A DNA stretch of 32,000 nt from positions 1 to 32,000 of the forward strand of contig NZ_BCZP01000033.1 in the NCBI RefSeq assembly GCF_001598795.1, read 5' to 3'. Positions 10,272 through 16,929 of the stretch are shown one piece after another. The position numbers were made by a program, and so were the translations under genes. The DNA is from Delftia acidovorans NBRC 14950 (GTDB lineage: Bacteria > Pseudomonadota > Gammaproteobacteria > Burkholderiales > Burkholderiaceae_C). Every line of letters starts with the position of its first letter. Position 1 is the first letter of the stretch. The notes beneath the pieces are model-generated. The model had not been told where the DNA came from. It did not search any database and was given only the letters and a program-made list of their open reading frames with translations.

Positions 10272-10934
10272 ATGAAACAACGACTTTCCTCCCTCCTGCT
10301 CGCCGCCGCCCTGGCGGCTTTCGCCGGTATGGCCCAGGCCGAAAAGGCCGACAGCACCAAGCCCATGAACATCGAGGCTGATGCGCTGCGCCATGACGAA
10401 CTCAAGCAGACCAGCGTCTTCACTGGCAACGTGGTGATGACCAAGGGCACCATCGTGCTGCGCGGCGCCCAGCTCGATGTGCGGCAAGACCCTGAAGGCT
10501 TTCAGTACGGCGTGGTGACGGCCGAGGCGGGCAAGCGTGCCTTCTTCCGCCAAAAGCGCGATACCGTGCCGGGCCAGCCCGAGGAATTCGTGGAAGGCGA
10601 GGGCGAGGTCATCGAATACGACGGCAAGGCCGACCTCGTGAAGTTCATCCGCCGCGGCGAACTGCGCCGCTATCGCGGCGGCCAGCTCAGCGACGAGATC
10701 ACCGGCTCCATCATCGTCTACAACAACCTCACCGACGTGTTCACCGTTGACGGGCAAAAGACCAGCGGTGGCCAGCCCAGCTCCACGGCCGGCCAGGGCG
10801 GACGCGTGCGCGCCGTGCTGGCACCCAAGGAAGGCACGCCGGGCTCGCAGCCGCGCGCCCCCGCAGCGGGCACGCCGGGCACGTCCCTGCAGCCCAGCAA
10901 CAGCCTGGACAGCCTCGGCGGTACCAAGCGATGA
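10272..10934 (+). CDS. lptA: LPS transport periplasmic protein LptA
   Basis: Signal peptide [23 protein letters not shown] followed by an OstA-like segment ([29 protein letters not shown]). ATGA overlap with lptB. Confidence 0.85.
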   Translation: MKQRLSSLLLAAALAAFAGMAQAEKADSTKPMNIEADALRHDELKQTSVFTGNVVMTKGTIVLRGAQLDVRQDPEGFQYGVVTAEAGKRAFFRQKRDTVPGQPEEFVEGEGEVIEYDGKADLVKFIRRGELRRYRGGQLSDEITGSIIVYNNLTDVFTVDGQKTSGGQPSSTAGQGGRVRAVLAPKEGTPGSQPRAPAAGTPGTSLQPSNSLDSLGGTKR

Positions 10935-11719
10935 GCGGGCAAGCCGCAGCCCCGGCTGCCACTGCACGCGCCGACCAGGGCAGCAGCCTGCAGGCACGCC
11001 ATCTGGCCAAGTCCTACGGCAGCCGCAAGGTGGTCAAGGACGTGTCGCTTTCCGTGAAAAAGGGCGAGGTCGTGGGCCTGCTGGGCCCCAACGGCGCGGG
11101 CAAGACCACCTCGTTCTACATGATCGTGGGCCTGGTGCGCAGCGACGGCGGCGACATCTTCATCGACGGCCAGGCCGTGGGCAATATGCCCATCCACCAG
11201 CGCTCGCGCCTGGGCCTATCCTACCTGCCGCAAGAGGCATCGATCTTCCGCAAGCTCAGCGTCGAGGACAACGTGCGCGCCGTGCTGGAGCTGCAAAGGG
11301 ACGAGCAGGGCCGGCCGCTGGCGCGCAGCGTCATCGAGGAGCGCCTGACGGCGCTGCTGCAGGAATTGCGCGTGGACCATCTGCGCGCATCGCCTGCGCT
11401 GGCGCTGTCGGGCGGCGAACGCCGCCGCGTCGAGATCGCGCGCGCCCTGGCCACTCAGCCGCGCTTCATCCTGCTGGACGAGCCCTTTGCCGGCATCGAC
11501 CCCATCGCCGTGATCGAGATCCAGCGCATCATCGGCTTTCTCAAGGCGCGCGGCATCGGCGTGCTGATCACCGACCACAACGTGCGCGAGACGCTGGGCA
11601 TCTGCGACCATGCCTTCATCATCAGCGACGGCCACGTGCTGGCCCAGGGCACACCCGAGGAGATCGTGGACAACGCCGAAGTGCGGCGTGTCTACCTCGG
11701 CGAACACTTCCGGATGTAG
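10931..11719 (+). CDS. lptB: LPS export ABC transporter ATP-binding protein LptB
   Basis: Walker [10 protein letters not shown], signature LSGGERRR, Walker B FILLDEP. Conserved position between lptA and rpoN. Confidence 0.95.
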   Translation: MSGQAAAPAATARADQGSSLQARHLAKSYGSRKVVKDVSLSVKKGEVVGLLGPNGAGKTTSFYMIVGLVRSDGGDIFIDGQAVGNMPIHQRSRLGLSYLPQEASIFRKLSVEDNVRAVLELQRDEQGRPLARSVIEERLTALLQELRVDHLRASPALALSGGERRRVEIARALATQPRFILLDEPFAGIDPIAVIEIQRIIGFLKARGIGVLITDHNVRETLGICDHAFIISDGHVLAQGTPEEIVDNAEVRRVYLGEHFRM

Positions 11720-11773
11720 CGCCATGCCCTGCCTGGCCCGTCTGCGAGACTGTCTGCGCGAAGGAGCTGCCGC

Positions 11774-13390
11774 TTGAAGCCCGGTCTGTCGCTGCGCGTC
11801 TCCCAGCATCTTTCGCTTACTCCCCAGCTGCAGCAGTCGATACAGCTGCTGCAGCTGTCCACGCTGGAGCTGGCGCAGGAAGTGGAGCAGATGCTGGGCG
11901 ACAACCCCTTCCTGGAGCTGGCGAACGAGGAGGGCGATCACGATGCGGCTGCCGGCACCCGCGAGCCTGCCGCGCCCGGCGCCGAGGCCACGGAGTCCTT
12001 CCAGGAAAGCCGCGCAGACCAGCCTTCGGCGGCGGTGGAGTGGGAGCCCTCGTCGGACGCATCCTCCGGCGATGCCGTGGAGACTTCCGGCACGGCCGAG
12101 TCCCTGAGCTGGGAAGGCGACGGCCAGACCACCTCGGGCAACGATGACCGCGACTGGGGCAGCGATGCGCCCTCCAGCCGCACGCGCGGGCAGGGCGAGG
12201 AAGACGAGGCCGATGCCACCGAACTGGCTCGCAGCGCCGAAAGCCTGACCGACCACCTGCACCGTCAGGCCCTGAGCCTGCGCCTGGGCGAGGTGGACCG
12301 CGCCGCACTGCGCTTTCTGATCGAGAACCTCAACGATGACGGCTACCTGGAAGACCCGCTCGACGAGCTGGCACAGGGCCTGGCGGGCGACGATCTGGAG
12401 GAGTGCGAGGAACTGGTGCACCGCTTCACCGTGGCGCTGCGCCTGCTGCAAAGCCTGGAGCCCGTGGGCGTGGGCGCGCGCGACCTGGCCGAATGCCTGA
12501 CGCTGCAACTGCGCGACCATCTGGCCGATGCCGAGCGCGAAGGCAACGGCAGTGCCGAGGACGAAGACCGGCAGGCCGTGCTGCGCACCGCGCTGGACAT
12601 CTGCGCCCAGCCCATGGACCTGCTTGCGCGGCGCGACCTGCGCAAGCTCGCCAGCCTGTGCGGTGCGCGCGAGGAGCGGCTGCGCGAGGCGCTGGTGCTG
12701 ATCACCCGACTGGAGCCACGCCCGGGCCGGCGCTTTGCCGACGTGCAGCGCCAGATCGTCGTGCCCGACGTCATCGTGCGCCCCGTGCGCAGCGGCGCGG
12801 GCCGCATGGACTTCAGCGTGCAGCTCAACCCCGACGTCATGCCCAAGCTGCGCGTGCACGACATCTATGCCAGCGCGCTGCGCAGCCACAGGGGCAGCGA
12901 AGGCCATGCAGCGCTGCAGCAGCGGCTGCAGGAGGCGCGCTGGTTCATCAAGAACATCCAGCAGCGCTTCGACACCATCCTGCGCGTGTCGCAGGCCATC
13001 GTGGAGCGCCAGAAGAATTTCTTCGTGCATGGCGAGCTGGCCATGCGCCCGCTGGTGCTGCGCGACATTGCCGATGCGCTGGGCCTGCATGAATCCACCA
13101 TCAGCCGCGTGACCACGGCCAAGTACATGGCCACGCCGCAGGGCACCTACGAGCTCAAGTACTTCTTCGGCTCGGGCCTGGGCACCGAGGCCGGTGGCAA
13201 TGCCTCCAGCACTGCCGTGCGCGCGCTGATCAAGCAGTTCGTCGCGGCCGAAGATCCCAAGAAGCCGCTGTCGGACAACCAGCTCGCCGACATGCTCAAG
13301 GAGCAGGGTATCGAATGCGCGCGGCGCACGGTGGCCAAGTACCGCGAGCTGCTCAAGATCCCGCCGACCACGCTGCGCAAGGCGCTGTAG
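11774..13390 (+). CDS. rpoN: RNA polymerase sigma-54 factor
   Basis: N-terminus (M)KPGLSLRVSQHLSLTPQLQQSIQLLQLSTLEL matches RpoN region I. RpoN box ARRTVAKYR near the C-terminus. TTG start with AGGAG 7 nt upstream. Confidence 0.96.
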   Translation: MKPGLSLRVSQHLSLTPQLQQSIQLLQLSTLELAQEVEQMLGDNPFLELANEEGDHDAAAGTREPAAPGAEATESFQESRADQPSAAVEWEPSSDASSGDAVETSGTAESLSWEGDGQTTSGNDDRDWGSDAPSSRTRGQGEEDEADATELARSAESLTDHLHRQALSLRLGEVDRAALRFLIENLNDDGYLEDPLDELAQGLAGDDLEECEELVHRFTVALRLLQSLEPVGVGARDLAECLTLQLRDHLADAEREGNGSAEDEDRQAVLRTALDICAQPMDLLARRDLRKLASLCGAREERLREALVLITRLEPRPGRRFADVQRQIVVPDVIVRPVRSGAGRMDFSVQLNPDVMPKLRVHDIYASALRSHRGSEGHAALQQRLQEARWFIKNIQQRFDTILRVSQAIVERQKNFFVHGELAMRPLVLRDIADALGLHESTISRVTTAKYMATPQGTYELKYFFGSGLGTEAGGNASSTAVRALIKQFVAAEDPKKPLSDNQLADMLKEQGIECARRTVAKYRELLKIPPTTLRKAL

Positions 13391-13428
13391 CCCAGGCGCG
13401 CAAACTCGCCATCGCGCCACCGTGGTGT

Positions 13429-15036
13429 CTATGGCGTTCGACCGGCCACGGCATCCCACTTCAAGCCGAATTTCAGCAGGTACTTGCGCAGGCGGTCGGC
13501 ATCGTTGACCACGCTGCGCTGGGTGCGTGACTGGTCGAACAGACGGCGCCCCGCATCGGACAGCGAAGGTGACTCCCGGCACACGCGCAGCACCGCTTCG
13601 AGCTGCATGCGGTCGAACAGATCCAGCGGCTCCAGCACTTCGGCAGACAGCAGGCTTTGCAGGCTGGCGCCGGCCGGTTGCACGGCATCGCCTCTTTGCC
13701 ACAGCCACTTCAGGCGCTGGATCTCGGCATCGACCAGGGCCGTGGAGATGCGCCCCCCGTCGGCCAGCGTCGCCAGGCGCGTCATGCTGGCCGACAGGTC
13801 GCGGAAGTTGCCGCTCCACAGCGCCTCGGGCGAGCGCGCAAAGCGCAGATAGCGCTCGCGGGCCTCTACGTTGAAGCGCACCATCTGGCCAGTCTCGTCG
13901 GCCGAGCGCGCGAGCAGGTGGTCCATGTTGGGTTCTATGTCCTCGGGGCGCCCGGCCAGGCCCGGCAGCGCGTAGGACCACAGGTTGATGCGCGCGAACA
14001 AATCCTCGCGAAAGCGCCCCTGCGCCACGTCGATGCGCAGGTCGCGGTGCGTGCCGGCGACCAGCTGGAAGTCGCTGCTGACCTCGCGGTCGCTGCCCAT
14101 GGGATAGAAGCGCCTTTCCTCCACCGCCTTGAGCAGCATGGCCTGTTCGTCCAGCCCCAGCTCGCCGATTTCGTCCAGGAACAGCACGCCCTGGTGCGCG
14201 CTGCGCAGCAGGCCGGCGCGGTCGGCCGCAGCGCCCGTGAACGCCCCCTTCTTGTGGCCGAACAGCACCGAAGCCGCTCCATCGCCGCGCAGCGTGGCGC
14301 AATTGACCTCCACGAAGTCGCCCTGCACCTGGTGCCTGGCCTTCTTCAACTCGTACATGCGCCGCGCCAGATGCGACTTGCCCGCGCCCGTGGGACCCGT
14401 GAGCAGGATGGGCGCGCGCGAGCGCACGGCCACGCGCTCGATCTCGTCGATCAGCGCGTTGAACCCGGCATTGCGCGTGGCGATGCCGCTCTTGAGAAAT
14501 TGCACGGCCTCGCTCTGCTCGGCGCCGAAGCGCTGGGCGATCACGTCGTAGCGCGACAGGTCCAGGTCGATCAGCGCATAGCTGCCCGGGTCGCCCATGC
14601 GCTGGCGCCGGGGCGGCGAGGTCTGGGCCAGCACGCCGGGAATGCGGCGCGACTCCACCAGCAGGAACAGGCAGATCTGTGCCACGTGCGTGCCCGTGGT
14701 GATGTGCGTCCAGTACTCCTCGCGCTCGGGGTCGAAGCGGTAGGCCTGCGTCCAGTCGAACAGCCGCGCATAGACCTCGCCGAAATCCCAGGGATCGGCA
14801 ATGTCCATGGGCACGAGGTTCACCTGGGTCTCGGGCGATGCCGTGGCGATGTCGCCCTGCAGCAGCTGCGCCAGGGCCAGATGGGGCGGCGTGTAGAGCA
14901 GCTCCAGCCGCTCCACCACCAGATCCTCGTGCTGCATGAGGGAGAGGGTCGGCCGCCATTTTTCCCAGCGCCCCGCGCCCCTGCCGGAGTCCAGCTGCGT
15001 ACCCAGAAAGCCGATGACGACCTTTTTCTTTTCCAT
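13429..15036 (-). CDS. rtcR: Sigma-54-dependent transcriptional activator RtcR (CARF + AAA+ + HTH)
   Basis: 535 aa. The N-terminal ~185 aa are RtcR/CARF-like (MEKKKVVIGFLGTQLD...). Walker A GPTGAGKS and the sigma54-contact motif GAFTGA are present. Divergent from a sigma54 promoter and an rtcB/rtcA operon. Confidence 0.93.
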   Translation of the reverse strand: MEKKKVVIGFLGTQLDSGRGAGRWEKWRPTLSLMQHEDLVVERLELLYTPPHLALAQLLQGDIATASPETQVNLVPMDIADPWDFGEVYARLFDWTQAYRFDPEREEYWTHITTGTHVAQICLFLLVESRRIPGVLAQTSPPRRQRMGDPGSYALIDLDLSRYDVIAQRFGAEQSEAVQFLKSGIATRNAGFNALIDEIERVAVRSRAPILLTGPTGAGKSHLARRMYELKKARHQVQGDFVEVNCATLRGDGAASVLFGHKKGAFTGAAADRAGLLRSAHQGVLFLDEIGELGLDEQAMLLKAVEERRFYPMGSDREVSSDFQLVAGTHRDLRIDVAQGRFREDLFARINLWSYALPGLAGRPEDIEPNMDHLLARSADETGQMVRFNVEARERYLRFARSPEALWSGNFRDLSASMTRLATLADGGRISTALVDAEIQRLKWLWQRGDAVQPAGASLQSLLSAEVLEPLDLFDRMQLEAVLRVCRESPSLSDAGRRLFDQSRTQRSVVNDADRLRKYLLKFGLKWDAVAGRTP

Positions 15037-15048
15037 GTTTCTGTCTAG

Positions 15049-15142
15049 TTGAATAGCTGAAATTCTAGTTTCTTTGGATCAAATACGAATTCAAGAAAAG
15101 TGTGATTTGAGATTTATTCAAATAAATCAATGGGTTGAAGAA
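15049..15142. promoter_or_regulatory. AT-rich upstream activating region with four TTGAAKA motifs (candidate RtcR sites; also holds the rtcR promoter)
   Basis: TTGAATAG (15049-15056, +). GAATTCAA (15087-15094), which reads TTGAATTC on the minus strand. TTATTCAA (15114-15121), which reads TTGAATAA on the minus strand. TTGAAGAA (15135-15142, +). Near-palindrome ATTTATT-CA-AATAAAT at about 15112-15127. Confidence 0.4.
15125..15137 (+). promoter_or_regulatory. IHF binding site (exact consensus match)
   Basis: AATCAATGGGTTG fits WATCAANNNNTTR exactly. It sits about 30 bp upstream of the -24 element, the usual place for IHF at sigma54 promoters. Confidence 0.6.
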
Positions 15143-15165
15143 TTGTTTGGCGCCTGAGGCCAGGC

Positions 15166-15181
15166 TGGCACGCATCTCGCA
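15166..15181 (+). promoter_or_regulatory. Sigma-54 (-24/-12) promoter of the rtc operon
   Basis: TGGCACGCATCTCGCA versus consensus TGGCACG-N4-TTGCW. GG and GC are at the correct 10-nt spacing, with one deviation (TCGC for TTGC). Expected TSS near 15191. Confidence 0.8.
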
Positions 15182-15320
15182 ATAACCAAGGCATCCAGTG
15201 CAGGCGGTGACCGCTCACAGGCCGGGGTTGGGGCAAAGGCCCGCCCCGCCGGTGCTGGAAGTCCGGGCCCTCAGGGGCTTGTCGATTTCCCGCATGCCGC
15301 ACGCCGCAAGCGCTGGGTAA

Positions 15321-15382
15321 CGGCAAGGTTGTGGAAACCGTCTCGCAAGGGACGCCTGGTTCGACTCCAGGCTTGCCAGCCA
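15321..15382 (+). ncRNA. tRNA-like module A (mini tRNA mimic ending in encoded GCCA)
   Basis: Acceptor-like stem 15322-15327 GGCAAG / 15372-15377 CTTGCC (15321 C opposite 15378 A). T-arm CCTGG (15355-59) / TTCGACT / CCAGG (15367-71). Short stem GTCTC/GGGAC capped by GCAA (15340-15353). Small GTT/AAC hairpin with a GUGGA loop. 3' tail G-CCA at 15379-15382. Confidence 0.45.
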
Positions 15383-15448
15383 CTGGTAGCTCAGTCTGGT
15401 AGAGCACCCTCGCAAGAGGACTGTCGCAGGTTCGATTCCTGTCCACTC
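15383..15448 (+). ncRNA. tRNA-like module B (Y-RNA/YrlA-style tRNA mimic; not a decoding tRNA)
   Basis: TA-GCTC-AGTCTGGTA-GAGC (15387-15405) is a textbook U8-A9 + D-arm. GCAGG-TTCGATT-CCTGT (15426-15442) is a textbook T-arm, with a 5-nt variable region CTGTC. The anticodon arm is replaced by CCTC-GCAA-GAGG (15408-15419, GNRA tetraloop). Only a 3-bp acceptor-like pairing is available (TGG 15384-86 / CCA 15443-45). Confidence 0.65.
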
Positions 15449-15450
15449 TT

Positions 15451-15489
15451 CCGGCCGTAAGGCCGGGCTATTGAAACGGTCGAAAGACC
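15451..15489 (+). ncRNA. Two further GNRA-capped hairpins in the rtc leader
   Basis: CCGGCC-GTAA-GGCCGG (15451-15466) and GGTC-GAAA-GACC (15478-15489). With modules A and B this makes four GNRA tetraloop hairpins within about 150 nt. Confidence 0.45.
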
Positions 15490-15733
15490 ACCCGCCGAAC
15501 GCGGGAGGTGGCCACCGGGTTGCGATGCAGCCCAAGGCCCCCACCCGTCAGCGGCGGCGGCTGTGCCAGGTCCCGGCACGGTCCGCGCCCGCAGCCAGCC
15601 ACGCTGCAACCTGTTTCCAGGGTTGCCGCCACGGCGCACTGCAAGGCCCGGGCCGTGCCCCCTGGAACCCCGCCGCTGCTGTAACGGCACCCCTATTGAT
15701 TGCGGCGAAGACGCCGAACGAGGAGAAGAAGAA

Positions 15734-16873
15734 ATGCTGAAGATCCAACGCATCACCATCAAGAAGAACGAACGCGCCCTGCTGCTGCGCAATGGCGATT
15801 TCGAGCGCGTGCTGCACAGCGGCCGGCACTGGCTGTTTGCCGGCACCGACCAGTTGCGCGTGGAAACCTTTGCCCTGGAGCAGCCCGCCTTCACGCACGG
15901 CCTGGCCGACTACCTGATGGCCCAGGAGCCCGCCGTGGTGGCCGCCGAATTCCTGCGTGTGGAACTGTCCGAGACCGAGGCGGGCCTGCGCAGCGAAAAC
16001 GGCGTGCTGGTCGAGATCCTGCCGCCCGGCACGCGCCGCCTGTACTGGAAGGGACTGGTGGATGTGAGCGTGCAGGTGGTCGACCTGCAGGCCGGCGCCG
16101 AGCTGCCCGCCGCCCTGGCAGCGCGCCTGACCCAGACGCAGCTGCGCCAGCGCAGCGTGTCCGGCCTCAACGGCGTGCTGCAGGTGCAGGTGCTCGCAGG
16201 CCAGTGCGCGCTGCTGACCATCGACGGAAAGGTGGACCGCCTGCTGCAGGCCGGCAGCCATGCGTTCTGGAAGTTCGGCCGCAGCATTGCCGTGGAGCTG
16301 GTGGACCTGCGCCTGCAGGCCGTCGAGGTCTCGGGCCAGGACATCATGACCCGCGACAAGGTCAGCCTGCGCCTGAACCTGAGCGCCACCTATCGCCACA
16401 CCGAGGTTCTGCGCGCCTTTGCCCAGCTGCAAAAGCCTGCCGAGCACCTGTACCGCGAACTGCAGTTCGCACTGCGCGCCGCCGTGGGCACCCGCACGCT
16501 TGATGAGCTGCTGGAGAACAAGACGGTGATCGATGACGTGGTGACCGCGCACATGGCGGCCAAGCTGCAGCCCTTCGGCATGGTGGTGGAGAGTGTGGGC
16601 GTGAAGGACATCGTGCTGCCCGGCGAGATGAAGGCCATCCTGACCCAGGTGGTGCAGGCCGAAAAGCAGGCCCAGGCCAACGTGATCCGCCGCCGCGAGG
16701 AAACGGCCGCCACGCGCTCGCTGCTCAACACGGCCAAGGTCATGGAGGACAACCCCGTGGCCCTGCGCATGAAGGAGCTGGAGACGCTGGAGCGCGTGGC
16801 CGAGCGCATCGACAAGATCTCCGTGTTCGGCGGGCTGGATCAGGTGCTCAACGGGCTGGTGAAGATGCGTTGA
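15734..16873 (+). CDS. SPFH/band-7 (slipin-like) protein with an N-terminal extension and no TM segment
   Basis: ATG 15734 preceded by GAGGAG. The C-terminal ~230 aa are SPFH-like (QDIMTRDKVSLRLNLSATYR..., VGVKDIVLPGEMKAILTQVVQAEKQAQANV). First CDS of the sigma54-driven operon. Confidence 0.85.
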   Translation: MLKIQRITIKKNERALLLRNGDFERVLHSGRHWLFAGTDQLRVETFALEQPAFTHGLADYLMAQEPAVVAAEFLRVELSETEAGLRSENGVLVEILPPGTRRLYWKGLVDVSVQVVDLQAGAELPAALAARLTQTQLRQRSVSGLNGVLQVQVLAGQCALLTIDGKVDRLLQAGSHAFWKFGRSIAVELVDLRLQAVEVSGQDIMTRDKVSLRLNLSATYRHTEVLRAFAQLQKPAEHLYRELQFALRAAVGTRTLDELLENKTVIDDVVTAHMAAKLQPFGMVVESVGVKDIVLPGEMKAILTQVVQAEKQAQANVIRRREETAATRSLLNTAKVMEDNPVALRMKELETLERVAERIDKISVFGGLDQVLNGLVKMR

Positions 16874-16929
16874 CCGGCAGGCTGGTCGGGACACAACGGA
16901 CAACGAAGAAACAAAAGAGAGGTACGGCC

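Noticed and set aside
13395-13418. GGCGCG/CGCGCC hairpin between the convergent rpoN and rtcR
   Set aside because: It is only 6 bp with a 12-nt loop and has no U/A tracts on either side, so a terminator function cannot be supported.
11216-14959. 1247-aa ORF on the - strand spanning lptB, rpoN and rtcR
   Set aside because: It crosses three independently well-supported genes, including a different frame of rtcR. The product is an Arg/Gly/Ala/Pro-rich low-complexity translation. This is a GC3-driven artefact.
15383-15448. Calling this a genuine tRNA gene
   Set aside because: There is no 7-nt anticodon loop (a 4-nt GCAA loop on a 4-bp stem instead). The seven nucleotides on each side give only about 4 of 7 acceptor pairs. 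It is reported as a tRNA-like ncRNA instead.
15321-15448. tRNA-like sequence as an integration scar (att site) of a genomic island
   Set aside because: - No integrase, transposase or direct repeat of the tRNA 3' half is present in the window.
- The element keeps both the D-arm and the T-arm, with a precise replacement of the anticodon arm. That is not what a truncated att duplication looks like.
- The rtc genes resemble their neighbours in GC richness and codon usage.
15114-15544. Minus-strand ORFs of 110 aa and 109 aa within the rtc leader
   Set aside because: They have no SD and no homology features. They overlap each other and the structured tRNA-like segment, and their reading frames run through the AT-rich promoter region.
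15375-15602. Exact 9-mer GCCAGCCAC repeated at 15375-15383 and 15594-15602
   Set aside because: A single 9-mer coincidence within about 540 nt of GC-biased sequence is expected by chance at appreciable frequency. There is no extended similarity around it.
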